From assembly GCF_000372725.1 (NCBI RefSeq), contig NW_005201298.1, positions 187,457-251,392 on the forward strand: a DNA stretch of 63,936 nt, given 5' to 3'. Of this stretch, positions 1 to 12,600 are shown piece by piece. Source of the stretch: Emiliania huxleyi CCMP1516. Taxonomy: Eukaryota. Position numbers and translations under genes: made by a program. Within the stretch, counting starts at the first letter, position 1. Each line of letters begins with the position of its first letter. The notes beneath the pieces were generated by a model. That model was not told where the DNA came from, did no database searches, and saw only the letters and a list, made by a program, of their open reading frames with translations.

Positions 1-2247
1 CGGAGGGAACCACGAGGCGAGAGCTACTCCAACCCCAACCCGGACCCTGACCCTTACCCTGACCCGTACCCTTACCCTTGCCCCAACCCTGACCCTGACC
101 CTGACCCTGACCCCAACCCGAACCCTGACCCTCACCCTAGGTCAGCAGCGGGGGCGAGAACTGGCTGGCGTACTCGCGGCGGTACCCAAACGGCCACGCC
201 GCCGCGCGGACCGACTCCTTTCACAGTGAATCATTCATCGCGAAGCAGTTATTGGTAGGCCACGCCGCAGCGCAGTCCGACTCCTTCCTCTGGTACTCGC
301 TCGAGGTATATCTCCCCACTCCCCCATATCTCCCCCACATCTCCGCCTTCCCGGCAGAGGTGGGTCCACCCTCCCCTACCCCAACGGTACCCGAACCCAC
401 CCTCCCCTACCCCACGGTACCCGAACCCACCCAGCCTTCCCGGGCGAGGTGGAGTGCTCACCTCCCTGCACCGACCCTTGCACTTTGAGTGTGCCGTGCC
501 GGCTCCAGCCCGTGTGGGGATGCGAGGGCTGCCTGGCCCTTGCCCCACCAGGAAAGTGACCCTTCCTTCCTTCTCTCGAGGCGGGGCCGGCGCATGTGAT
601 GATGCTCTGCTCGTACGCCGCGAGCGGCCCAGGCTCGCCGCAGCATGAGTGACTGACAGGTCCATGACATGTCCTGGACATGTCCGGGACATGTCGTGCA
701 GGCTCGCCGCAGCATGAGTGGCTCACACGCGACCTCGCTTCGGTCGACCGCCGCCGCACGCCCTGGCTGATCGCAGTGCTGCACACGCCGTGGCGCGCCT
801 CTCATGATATCTCCCCATAGTATCTCCCAATACCTCCCCGTATCTCCCCATAGTATCTCCCAATACCTCCCCATATCTCCCCATATCTCCCCACATCTCC
901 CCATATCTCCCCATATCTCCCCGTACCTCCCCGTATCTCCCCATATCTCCCCATATCTCCCCGCGTCTCATGCCGTGGCACGCCTCCAACCGCCACGAGG
1001 AGCGGATAGATAGGTAGGAAGGCGAAACACAGTCCGACCAACGACAGGGACACTGGCGCGGTATGGGCGGACGCACGACGGGCGGTGACGGTCACACAGG
1101 AGCGACGAGGAGCGGGGAGATATGGGGAGATATGGGGAGATATGGGGAGCTGCGCTCCTCGCGTGGTGAGAGCGACTCGGTGATGCCCCTTTGAGGTACA
1201 CCTCCAACCGCCACCACCCGATGAGCGAGGGCGCGAGGATGCGAGAGGACCTCGAGCCCCTCCTCCTCGCCGCGGGAACAGACCTCGTCCTCAACGGCCG
1301 CGCGCACCCTCGACGAGCACGCCGGGCCCAGAACGAAGAAGCACGCGCGCAGATCGACTTCTTTTATTAGGCCGTGTGCGCCTCTACGAGCGGGCCCAGA
1401 AAAAGAGACATCACGCGACACTGTACTTCTTTCTTAGGCCACGTGCACGCCTACGAGCGGACCCACCCGGTCGCCCCCCCCCNNNNNNNNNNNNNNNNNN
1501 NNNNNNNNNNNNNNNNNNNNNNNNNNNNNNNNNNNNNNNNNNNNNNNNNNNNNNNNNNNNNNNNNNNNNNNNNNNNNNNNNNNNNNNNNNNNNNNNNNNN
1601 NNNNNNNNNNNNNNNNNNNNNNNNNNNNNNNNNNNNNNNNNNNNNNNNNNNNNNNNNNNNNNNNNNNNNNNNNNNNNNNNNNNNNNNNNNNNNNNNNNNN
1701 NNNNNNNNNNNNNNNNNNNNNNNNNNNNNNNNNNNNNNNNNNNNNNNNNNNNNNNNNNNNNNNNNNNNNNNNNNNNNNNNNNNNNNNNNNNNNNNNNNNN
1801 NNNNNNNNNNNCGGGTCCATGACACGTCCCCGACATGTCCAGGCTGCGGAACGACGACCCGTGAAACCACCCGGCGGCCGCATCGGCGACTGCGCCGCCC
1901 CCCTCGCCCCGAGCGGAGGAAGTGGGCGATGGACGAGCGTGCCGACGGCTGATCGGACTTTACTAGGCGACCGCGCCGTCCTCGAGAGGAGGGCGGGCGG
2001 GCGGGGGGGGTCCCCCGCCCCCCCGCCCGCCCAGCTCGCCGCGGAGGCGGAGCCCTGCAAGCAGTACGCGGCACGGGCGGCATGCGACGCCGACGCGAGC
2101 TGCACGTGGTGCGACTGCGCGGCGGTGCCCTCCTCGTGCTGGGACCTCGCGTCGGCCAAGCGGCTCCCCCCGAGCGTGTATACGTGCGACTCCGCCCGCC
2201 ACCCCCGCCCGCCGCCGCGGGGCGACGCGCCGGCAGCGCGGGCGTAG
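1..2247 (+). CDS. Purple acid phosphatase / calcineurin-like metallophosphoesterase, multi-exon, 5'-truncated by the window edge and interrupted by an N-gap
   Basis: Spliced exons give GNHE (1-17), DRRRTPWLIAVLHTPW|YTSN and DLVLNG|HVHAYERT, the conserved PAP metal-ligand motifs. Inferred introns include 18-140, 193-258, 306-580 and 633-701. Assigning 1812-2247 to the same gene is tentative. Confidence 0.85.
30..140 (+). repeat. Telomere-like (CCCTGA/CCCTAA-variant)n hexamer run inside an intron
   Basis: About 18 degenerate CCCTRA-type hexamers ending in ccctag (acceptor). Confidence 0.8.
1483..1811. other. Assembly gap
   Basis: Run of N. Confidence 1.
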
Positions 2248-2771
2248 TAGGGGCTGAGGTAAGGGGCCCACAGCGCCCCAAAATCCACCAGTGTGGGATT
2301 TCGCGCAAAAGCTTGACTCTGAAAAGCTCGCAATGTACCTTTCTGAGCGCTGTGGTCGCCGCAGACTGGCTCCAACTTGACGGCGGCATGGAGGCACATG
2401 ATCGATGATGCCTCCAAGCTCCATGGACCATGCCGCCGTCAAGTCGAAATCGACATGCAGCTCGATGGTTTGCCCGAAAAGGTACATCGCGGCGTTTTGG
2501 GCGACAACAGCGCTGCGACCGCGAAGTGGCGGTGGACATGCTCCCACGTTGCCGACGTGTGGCGCCAGAGTGGCCGGCGCTGCTCGCCGCGACCACGACG
2601 GCTACTCCGATGCGGTCCGGGCCGACCCGTCCTGGGCGAGGTGGAGGGCGGCGGCGGCGTGAGCAGCGGTGGCGGCGGTGTGAAGGGGGGGTGGAGGGCG
2701 GCGGCGGCGTGGGCGGTACGGCGGCACGGCGGTAACGGACGGCAGGGGGGGGCGGCGGGCTAAACGGCAAG

Positions 2772-3567
2772 NNNNNNNNNNNNNNNNNNNNNNNNNNNNN
2801 NNNNNNNNNNNNNNNNNNNNNNNNNNNNNNNNNNNNNNNNNNNNNNNNNNNNNNNNNNNNNNNNNNNNNNNNNNNNNNNNNNNNNNNNNNNNNNNNNNNN
2901 NNNNNNNNNNNNNNNNNNNNNNNNNNNNNNNNNNNNNNNNNNNNNNNNNNNNNNNNNNNNNNNNNNNNNNNNNNNNNNNNNNNNNNNNNNNNNNNNNNNN
3001 NNNNNNNNNNNNNNNNNNNNNNNNNNNNNNNNNNNNNNNNNNNNNNNNNNNNNNNNNNNNNNNNNNNNNNNNNNNNNNNNNNNNNNNNNNNNNNNNNNNN
3101 NNNNNNNNNNNNNNNNNNNNNNNNNNNNNNNNNNNNNNNNNNNNNNNNNNNNNNNNNNNNNNNNNNNNNNNNNNNNNNNNNNNNNNNNNNNNNNNNNNNN
3201 NNNNNNNNNNNNNNNNNNNNNNNNNNNNNNNNNNNNNNNNNNNNNNNNNNNNNNNNNNNNNNNNNNNNNNNNNNNNNNNNNNNNNNNNNNNNNNNNNNNN
3301 NNNNNNNNNNNNNNNNNNNNNNNNNNNNNNNNNNNNNNNNNNNNNNNNNNNNNNNNNNNNNNNNNNNNNNNNNNNNNNNNNNNNNNNNNNNNNNNNNNNN
3401 NNNNNNNNNNNNNNNNNNNNNNNNNNNNNNNNNNNNNNNNNNNNNNNNNNNNNNNNNNNNNNNNNNNNNNNNNNNNNNNNNNNNNNNNNNNNNNNNNNNN
3501 NNNNNNNNNNNNNNNNNNNNNNNNNNNNNNNNNNNNNNNNNNNNNNNNNNNNNNNNNNNNNNNNNNN
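2772..3567. other. Assembly gap
   Basis: Run of N. Confidence 1.
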
Positions 3568-3743
3568 GTCTAGGCAGGGGTGCATTTAATCAATATCAAC
3601 GCTGGAGGCCGCGAAGAATTCTTTTTCTCACGGCCGCCGATAGGGCGCTGCTCTCCCGCTCTCCAGGCGCTCGCCCGCTTCACATGGCGCTTCCTCAAAA
3701 AAAAGCCGACCCCGAGCTCACAGGAGCTGTGCTGCGCCGCCAC

Positions 3744-5089
3744 ATGAGAAGCACGCTCGCGCTGCTCGTCGCCTCCCTGTGCGGGGCGACCGCCTTCGTC
3801 GCTCCGGCGGCGGCGCCGCTGCAGTCAGTCTCGCGCTGCGCGTCCCCCGCCATGATTGTGCGCGCCGCCCGCCTCGCAGCCGAGAGCGCGTCGCCGCTTT
3901 GCCAGGCGGAGAGGGCGCCCGCCCCTCGACCCGTTCCTGTGGGAGCGATGCGCAGGGCCTGCCCCCGTGCTGCTTGCCCCTGCGAGCGTCCGACCCCGCC
4001 TAGCTCTCCCACGTCGGAACCTCGGCGGACGCTTGCTGACGTCTCGGGGCGCCCGACCCCTCCCCCACAGAGCCATGGCAAGGGGTTCCGCAAGCTGAAC
4101 AAGCCTGCGGACCAGCGCAAGGCTCTGCTGCGCTCGCTCACGACCGAGCTGATCCGCCACGGCAAGATCCAGACGACGCTCGCGCGGTGCAAGGAGGTGC
4201 CACCACCCTCCACCCTCCACCCTCCACGCCCCATGCCCCACGCCCCACGGCCCCACGGCCCCACGCCCCACGGCCCCACGCCGCCGCCCGCCGCCCCATC
4301 CACAGCCTCAGCTCCCCTGCTCTCACCTCCCCACCGCCACCCTCGCCGCCGCCCGCCGCCCGCCGCCTCCCCATCGCCCTCCCCCCTGACACCTCACCAC
4401 ACCCTCCCCTCCCCGGCCCCCCCTCCCCGCGTAGCCATGCAGCACTTCTCTATCGCCCCGCCCCATTCACTATCTCCGACCTTGCGCGGTCCGCAAGACG
4501 GGAGACCACATGATTACCCTCGCCAAGGACGTATCACTGCACGCGCGNNNNNNNNNNNNNNNNNNNNNNNNNNNNNNNNNNNNNNNNNNNNNNNNNNNNN
4601 NNNNNNNNNNNNNNNNNNNNNNNNNNNNNNNNNNNNNNNNNNNNNNNNNNNNNNNNNNNNNNNNNNNNNNNNNNNNNNNNNNNNNNNNNNNNNNNNNNNN
4701 NNNNNNNNNNNNNNNNNNNNNNNNNNNNNNNNNNNNNNNNNGGGGAAGACCAACCGGACTCTGGATGGCCCACGACCCTGAGAGGGCGAACCCCAGAGAG
4801 ACAAGGTGGGACCGGAGGAGCGATCCACAGGCTCAAATAAGGTCCTATCACCCTATACCCTCAGCCGAGGGGGTGCCCCACCTCCTAGTGGGTGCCCCCA
4901 GAAGTAAAGGAGAAAACCACCTCCCCTGCCGCCCCCCCCCCCCCCCTCCTCCCCCCTCTCCCGGCCCTAGCCCCTGCCCCACCCCGCTGCCCCCGCCGCG
5001 CGCGCAGGGAGGGCGGCTACACGCGAGTGCTCAAGGACGGCTTCCGCAAGGGAGACAACGCGGAGATGGGAATCATCGAGCTGGTCTGA
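3744..5089 (+). CDS. rpl17: Plastid-targeted 50S ribosomal protein L17 (bL17), multi-exon, contains an N-gap at 4548-4741
   Basis: Signal peptide plus ATAF motif ([21 protein letters not shown]). GT-AG intron 3858-4070, then [47 protein letters not shown] and [25 protein letters not shown]. Confidence 0.9.
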
Positions 5090-5665
5090 GGTGCGGGGCT
5101 GCGGCGGGGGCAGGCATGCGTGTGTACCCTTCTCCTCGGCTGGTGTGAACCGAGTGTGCTCCCTCTTCTCTTTTGCCTTCGGATTCGCATTCGGTTTTGT
5201 GCCACTCTTGTTCTCTTCGCTGCCCGACATCGATCGCGTTGATTCTCGTGGTTGTGGTTCTAAGAGAGTAGAGACTAGAGTCTAGAGACCCACGCAAAAT
5301 GATATAAGTAATAAAGTACAATGGGCGCCACCTTCTTTCGGCGGACGCGGGACGGCGGGCCTCTCTCCCGCCAATGCCGCAATGCCAATGGCAATGAGCA
5401 AAAATACGGCAATGTGCCGCAAATCAGCCACATACACCGCGCGCCCGCCGCAGAAGCCTGCGCGGCCAGCGTGGGAGCAGGCCGGCGCCGACGGAAAAGA
5501 CGCCTGGAGACCTCGAGACGCCTGGAAACCTCGAGACGGCGCGAGACCTCGAGGGAGGAGGGCAGCGGCTGCTGCAGGCCGTGCGCCCGACGCGGGAGCG
5601 GGAACGGGAAGAAGGAAGAAGAAAAGACCCCGCCCGCCTTTCGGCGAAGAACTACCCAACCTCAA

Positions 5666-5678
5666 TTTTATATAGCAG
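5666..5678 (-). promoter_or_regulatory. TATA-like box CTGCTATATAAAA, facing left
   Basis: Exact reverse complement of 6696-6708. Confidence 0.4.
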
Positions 5679-5829
5679 GGCCCGCCCCCAGTTCAGTCTA
5701 GCGTAGACTGAACAGGCGCTCGTGCAAGCCCTACCGCATCCGAAAGTCGCAACTGAGGCGGCGGGCCCCCGTGGCGTGACCCAGCGGAGCACTCCTTCGC
5801 CGCTCGTCATGATCGGTAATGTCCGAGTA

Positions 5830-6547
5830 GCTGTGCGGACGGCTTCATGTCGCTCTCGTCGAGAGCGTTTTGGCGGCCCGGCGGGTGGGAGAATCTGTGT
5901 CGTCTGATGTGTCACTGTGTACGTCACATCGTCTTGATAACAAGCACGGTCGATCCGTCGAAGCGATACACTCGTTCCTATCTCGCTGGAGGGCTGGCAC
6001 GGAGCTCTGTGCCGACAAACAGGAAGAGCCGAGCGGCAAGAAGGGCTCGATGGGGAGCGAGAAGCGTCAGAAGAGCTTCAGGTGTGACCTGAAGTCCGTC
6101 GTGACGCTCTTATTTCCCCCCAGGTTTGACCGCGCAGCTTTCAAAATTCGACGATATCTTCCGGAAAGACTGAACTTCCCGCAGCTCGGCAGCATGAGAG
6201 GCGCAGAGAGGCTGCGAGTGCTCGACGAGTCTTGCGAGCTGCGCGTTCAAACCTGGGGGGAACCGACCGCGTCACGGCGGATTTTCGAAACCTCCCGGAG
6301 CACCTCTGCCGGTTCTCGCTCCCCATCGAGCCCTTCTTGCCGCTCGGCTCTTCCTGTTTGTCGGCACAGAGCTCCGTGCCAGCCCTCCAGCGAGATAGGA
6401 ACGAGTGTATCGCTTCGACGGATCGACCGTGCTTGTTATCAAGACCGATGTGGCGTACACAGTGACACATCAGACGACACAGATTCTCCCACCCGCCGGG
6501 CCGCCAAAACGCTCTCGACGAGAGCGACAAGAAGCCGTCCGCACAGC
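5830..6547. repeat. Long inverted repeat: arms 5830-6139 and 6237-6547, spacer about 97 nt
   Basis: The arms are reverse complements, nearly identical over the outer ~230 nt and more diverged inward. Confidence 0.95.
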
Positions 6548-6695
6548 AAGCCGGTGGAGCCGAGCGCGCGGAATCGACGATGGCGTGCCGGCCATGGGCC
6601 CGGACGAAGGTCCTGGCTCGAAAACGCGAGCAGAGGCTGCCGTGTGGGGCCACGGCGAGCCTCGGGCGAGAAAGACAGCTCTGGGTAGAGAGGAG

Positions 6696-6708
6696 CTGCT
6701 ATATAAAA
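6696..6708 (+). promoter_or_regulatory. TATA-like box CTGCTATATAAAA, facing right
   Basis: TATATAAAA in a very GC-rich background, mirrored at 5666-5678. Confidence 0.4.
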
Positions 6709-7039
6709 ATCCGGCTTGGGTAGATACGAAATGCAGACGGCGGGCAGACTGTGGCTGTACCCCTGGCCGAGGTGCATCGTTGTTCGCTGCACCTGATGGG
6801 CGCCAGGCTACTGAGTAGCGCACCAACCACCTCAACGCGTCGCAGCATGCTGCGCGCGACCCCGCTCCACGCTTATGAGCACTGCGCTGTCCATTATACC
6901 TCAATGCTCGCTGCTGCCGCGCCCGCCCGCCGCCCACAGCCCACCAAGCGCGACCTCACAGCCCACCACACGACCTCATGTTTACGTCAGTAGGACTGCC
7001 GGGAGTTCAAGAAGCTGGGGGTGTTTTCTGCTTGCTGGC

Positions 7040-7690
7040 ATGACAGTCGCGCAATCGCCGCCGCCACCTTCTAGTCTTCTAGGTGGAGTTGTCGGAGGAT
7101 CAGACGCCTCGCATGGGGAGTTTCCATTTTTGGTGTCCTTGCGTCGCCCCTTTGTCGGATATCCCGGTGAGCATCACTGCTGCGGCGGGACCCTCCTCTC
7201 GCCCTGCTGGGTCGTCACCGCTGCTCACTGCACCACCGCCGTAACAACAGTGGTGGCGGGACTGCACAAGCGAAACGGGAACAGCTGGTTTACTCCATCA
7301 GAGACGGAGCACGCGGTGATTGATTGGATTCAGCACCCGGATTGGGATCCCGACAATCTTCTCCCCTCAAAAAATGAAGCCGACATCATGCTGCTAAAGC
7401 TTGGGAACTGCGTGACGACGACGTCGGAGGCCGCACCCGTCGACGCCCTCGACGGACCGTGTGAGGGTCCGGTGCCGCGGTATCGCAAGGCTTTGCACTC
7501 TCAACTTTTGGCGTCTCACGGACGCCGTCGCGCGATCGCCGTCGTTTTGAACGCCTCGCTCGTTGGTAGCTCCTCTCTCGTTCTGCTCCTCTCCCGTGCT
7601 TGTCCTCCCATTGTCTCGGGTTGTCGCTCTCCTCTGACGCAGCCCTCGTGTCGAAGTGGAGGGTGTTGGACCCCTTCTCCTCGTGGTTGA
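7040..7690 (+). pseudogene. Trypsin-like S1 serine protease, N-terminal half only
   Basis: VVGG...FPFLVSL...CGGTLLSPCWVVTAAHC (His) and DIMLLKL (Asp). I found no GDSGGP exon downstream. Confidence 0.7.
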
Positions 7691-9645
7691 CTGTGTGATT
7701 GGCATGCAGCCCCGACCCCTCTCGTTCATCCTGCGTCGGCATGCGCTGGCGCGGCTGGTCGGGCTGTCGCTCTGTGGCGCATGTCGTCTAAGGAGGTCTT
7801 CCTCGCGGCATTGCGCCCGCCGAATACTAACACGCTCGCGAAAAGAAATTCGTTGAGAAGCTGAGTCATCGGCGAAGCCGGCGGGGGATATCCAATCTCG
7901 TTCCGCTGTGTGTCTCGCGCGCGTTGGTCGAAGTGCAACATGGCATGTAGTAATACATATTTTTCGTCTGCAGATGCCTTGTGCCCTACCCCCTAAAAAT
8001 AAATTTGATATCCGGGAGTGTTCATCGAAATTATAAGTGGGGTCCCACGTCCGCTCAACTGCATCTCCCGTGTGTGTCGGGCGGGGCGAGTCGGTCTGGC
8101 TCATGTTGTGGTGTTGGTCCCCATCTGTGTGTGTCCGGCTCCCACGGCGCGTTCAGTGTGCGTGTCCCTGTGTGTTAGTGATGGGTCGATCCCCGTACGC
8201 CCTGGCCCGGTCCCGCCCTCCCGTGTCGCCTTGTGTTCCGCTCGCGCGCGAGGGTCCATATTCCTTGCGCTCTCTCCTCTCTGTCTCTCTCCTCGTCGCG
8301 CGCGCCTTCCCTCCAGCTCTCTCCCGCGCATCTCGGTGCGCGGCCACGACACGCCGCCTCCTGCCACGGCGTCTTCCGCCTCCTCGTGTTTCACGGGTCG
8401 CGTCGGTCGCGTTCTGCTCGATTTCCTCGCCGCGCGGCGCAGCCCGTGTCTCTCTTTTTCTATCCTCGTTGGTTCCTGTCGCGCCGCCGCCGCCTCGCCC
8501 CCGCCCGTCCGTCGCCGTTCCTCGCCGCCTACATCCCGGTCGCCGTGGTACTCATGCCCTATTCTCTCTGTTGCTTCTGCGCTGTCACCCTGCCCCTCAT
8601 CTCCATGTCCCATCGCATCGCAGTGTCGCATCGCACTGCGCCTATGGCTGTCGGCTCTCGTGTAATGTTCGTGGCTGGCGTCGCACGCGCTGCTGATTCT
8701 CTCGCGCCCGCGCCTCTGTCCTCTCTGGTCTCCTCGCGGCGGCTTGGTGGCCTGTGTGCCCTCTCTCGCTGGTGCGGGTGCTCTAGTTTTCTGCGGCTTG
8801 CGGTGTGGGCGTTTTGCCTCGTTTCGATTCAATTTTCGCGCGAACCCACAAGCGTGTGGGCCGCTATCTGATGGCCTCCAGCGGGAGGCCCCATCTCGGA
8901 CACCAGCGGGTGTGCCGAGGACCAGGTCGTACGCGGGAAAGCTCATGCCGCCATCGCGGGAAAAATACCGAGCAACAGCAGAGTGCGCCTAAAGCCGTAG
9001 AGTGCTCCAAACACGAGTGCTCCAAAAACAAAGAACCGTGAAGACCATCGCGGACCACAGGGGCCACACAACGGACAAAATCTCACTTTTGTCTTTAACT
9101 GTCATGAGCAAGCCAACAGACTTTCGCACGCTCAGCCGACCTGGACGAGGTCACATACCAGGATACCACCAAGAACTGGTGCACTCGTGCACATGGCCTA
9201 CACCGCAGTCACAGATGCACATGCAGCGACAAGTGCAGCGATTGGTGTCCGTCGTTCTCCACACCGCTGACCGCTCTACCTCTAGACCGCTGTGGCCTGC
9301 TGTGGCGTGGCAAACGGTGAACGAGCAAGCATGCGGGGAGAAGAGCGGCATTGTGCATGTACGAGAACCGCACAAGCGAACCCCAGAAGCCCAGAGAACA
9401 CAGAGGTCACAGCGCGTACCGCCCCTCCAAGCTCCAGCCATTGTGGAGGTGGTCCTCTCTGCGAACATCCCGCGCACCCAAGACGACCGCGCACCCGCGC
9501 GACTGCGGCCGCTCCCTCCATCTGTACCCGCCCTCGCGCGCCGGCCATGGCCCCACGAATAGCACACACACAGCCGCGGCGGCACGCCAGGCGCAGTCGC
9601 CGCCGGACACACCCCGCCCGCGACGCGCGCAACCGCCGCGCCGCG

Positions 9646-12600
9646 TCACTCAGATGTGGAAGCGGAGGCGGCGGCCGGCTCGCCCGCCTCGGGTAGCGCG
9701 TCGAGCACGGCGCGGAGCTCGTTGTACGCCTATCATCACTTAGCTCACCAGCTCACCAGCCCACCACCAACTAGCGAGCCGGCAGCGCGGGAGCTCCACG
9801 GCAAGCCTTCTCCATCGGGGGCCTCGCAGACGCGCTCGCCTGAGGGGCGGTGAGGCGGCGCGTGGATCGATGCCGCCGTCTCCCTCCCCGCCCGCGACAA
9901 GAGCGCTCGAGTCGTGCGCCAGACGCTCTCGTGACGCTCTCGTGACGCTCTCATGGGTGGGCGGGCTGCTCTAGCCCTCGCCTCGGACAGCCAGCGCGCA
10001 GTCTGCTTGAGCAGGAGCGGCCTCACCCGCCGAAAGTGCGCCGCGACCGCCGCCTGGTGAATGAATGGACTGATTAACGAGTTGACTGACTCATTGACCC
10101 GCCGAAAGTGCGCCGCGGCCGCCGCCTCGAAGCCGGCGGGCGGGCACTTGATCATGTCCCGCATCGCGTAGCGCATCGTCTGCAGGCGCAGGTCCTCGTT
10201 GTACTCGCGCGAGCGCTGCTCGCCCGCGGGGGTGTTCTCCTATGGGGGAGATAGGGGGGAGATATGGGGGCGATCTCGGTATGGGGGAGGTCTGCTCGCC
10301 CGCGGGAAGTTCTTCTCCTCCTCGGCGTAGCCCGGCTCGTTGAAGTACGGCTTCGGCACCTATCTCCCCCAGATCTCCCCGTGTCTCCCCAGCTCCCCCC
10401 AGCTCCCCCCACCGAGGCGCGCGGCGTCGGCACCATGATGATCGACTGGATCGAGACGAGCACCTGTGCTCACGGCTAGAGGTGTGAAGAGGCGCTGTTC
10501 ACACCTCCACCACGATGATCGACTGGATCGGGGCGAGCACTTGCAGCAGCGTCGAGCCGGAGCTGCTCGCCGAGGGCGGAGTCCACCCCTCGCCGTGCCA
10601 CGTGCCGAGCAGCGAGAGGCACACCTTGCCGTCCGAGTAGTGGTTCGGGTTCATTAGTCAATTCGTTAATTAGCTAATTAGCTCATGAACACCTTGCCGT
10701 CCGAGTAGAGGTTCGGGTTGAAGCGCACCATGCCGCCGCCCGTCGTCTGCAGGTTGACCAGCGGAGGCACGGAGGGGTACTCTGCCGGGATGAAGACCTA
10801 TTCGCCCATGTCGGTGGGGGCGTGAGGACCACGCCACTCCGGACGGGCGGGGCGGCTTCCGCGGGGGGGGGGGGGGGGGGAAGGGGGGGGTGGAAGGAAA
10901 CCTGGAACTCCAAAAGGCCCAACGCGTAGGGGGTCTCGTGCGTCGTGTCGAGCACCTCCCCAGGGCCCGAAAAGAGCACCTGGAGAGCGCACGCCCCTCC
11001 CTTGACTCCCTTGAAGGAATGAACTCGTTCACCTGAGTCGAACGGAGGGAATCAACTCGTTGAATCGAGCACCCCCCTTTTTAAGGGGGGGGATTCCCCC
11101 CCCATTTCCTCATGGAAATTATTGAAACGCGTTGAGGACGTCCATCCTCAAACCCCTTAATGAGTTAATTCATCAATGGACTTCATTGAAGCGCCTTCAG
11201 CACGTCCATCCTCAACCCAGCTCCATGCATTAACACTCCATTACTTACTTAATGCAACTTCATTGAAGCGCCTTCAGCACGTCCATCCGGCTCTCATCCT
11301 TGAGCACGACGATGCACGACTCGGCGCCTACTCTCGCCGCGTCTCGGCTCATCTCGGCCCGTCTCCCCCTCGACCTCTCCAGGCAAGCCGTGTCCGCGCC
11401 GCACGGCAAGTTGCCCTCGCCCGACAGCGACTTGCACTCCTGCAGCAGCCGCTTCACCTTGCTGCGCGCCGCGGCCTCAAAGGGCGACTGCGCGATGTTC
11501 TGGCGGTAGTAGTGGTTGTACCGCCCCGCGCCGTCCGCCATGCCAACTTCGTCGAACGAGAGCTCGGCCAGCTCCGCGCCGTACGCCTCGTTGACCGTTC
11601 GCAGCATCGCGGCGGCGCCGCCGTACTCCTCCTCGGCCGCCGCGGCGTCGGCGGCGGCGCGCTCGCTCACCAAAGAGGAAAGGCCGCCGCCCGGCCCGCC
11701 CTCGCCCCCGCCCCCGCCTCCCTGCTGCAGGCGGGGGAGGAGGCGGCGGAGGGCCTGCACCTCCAGCGGCGGGAAGTGGTCCTTGCACTTGTGCTCGAGG
11801 ATGTCGGCCGCCTGGAGAACCAGTTGACTGATCAACGAGTGGGCTACTCAACGATTGAACGCGTGCTCGAGGATGTTGGTCGCCGTGTGCAGGAGGGGCA
11901 CGTCGAGGTTGTCGCAAGCGGCGAGCGTCTGCACGAAGGCGGGCACGCGCGAGGCGGCGTGGAGCAGAAGCTGCGCCGTGTCGGAGAGCATCTTCTTCGG
12001 GTGCCTATGCAAAAAAGAAATGCCGCTAGCGAAAAAGAAATACGCCCGGGTGTCGGAGAGCATCTTCTTCGGGTGCCTATGCAAAAAAGAAATGCCGCTA
12101 GCGAAAAAGAAATACGGCCGGGTGTCGGAGAGCATCTTCTTCGGGTGCCTATGCAAAAAAGAAATGCCGCTCCCGAAAAAGAAATACGTGCGGGTGTCGG
12201 AGAGCATCTTCTTCGGGTGCCTATGCAAAAAAGAAATGCCGCTCCGGAAAAAGAAATACGTGCGGGTGTCGGAGAGCATCTTCTTCGGGTGCCTATGCAA
12301 AAAAGAAATGCCCCTCCGGAAAAAGAAATACGTGCGGGTGTCGGAGAGCCTCTTCTTCGGGTGCCTATGCAAAAAAGAAATGCCGCTCCGGAAAAAGAAA
12401 TACGGGCGGGTGTCGGAGAGCCTCTTCTTCGGGTGCCTATGCAAAAAAGAAATGCCGGTCGCGAAAAAGAAATGCGTGCGGGTGTCGGAGAGCATCTTCT
12501 TCGGGTGCCTATGCAAAAAAGAAATGCCGCTCCGGAAAAAGAAATACGAGCGCGTGTCGGAGAGCATCTTCTTCGGGTGCCTATGCAAAAAAGAAATGCC

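Noticed and set aside
30..140. Possible chromosome end
   Set aside because: The telomere-like hexamers are degenerate and lie between two exons of a gene.
458..1095. ORFs with [10 protein letters not shown] / [10 protein letters not shown] repeats (also near 14300, 15500 and 29600)
   Set aside because: Translations of intronic GGGGAGATAT repeats, not proteins.
7700..9600. Multiple 100-280-aa ORFs (similarly 20700-22400, 31307-31792, 43586-44580 and 50872-52200)
   Set aside because: No recognisable motifs; long ORFs arise by chance at this GC content, so these were left unannotated.
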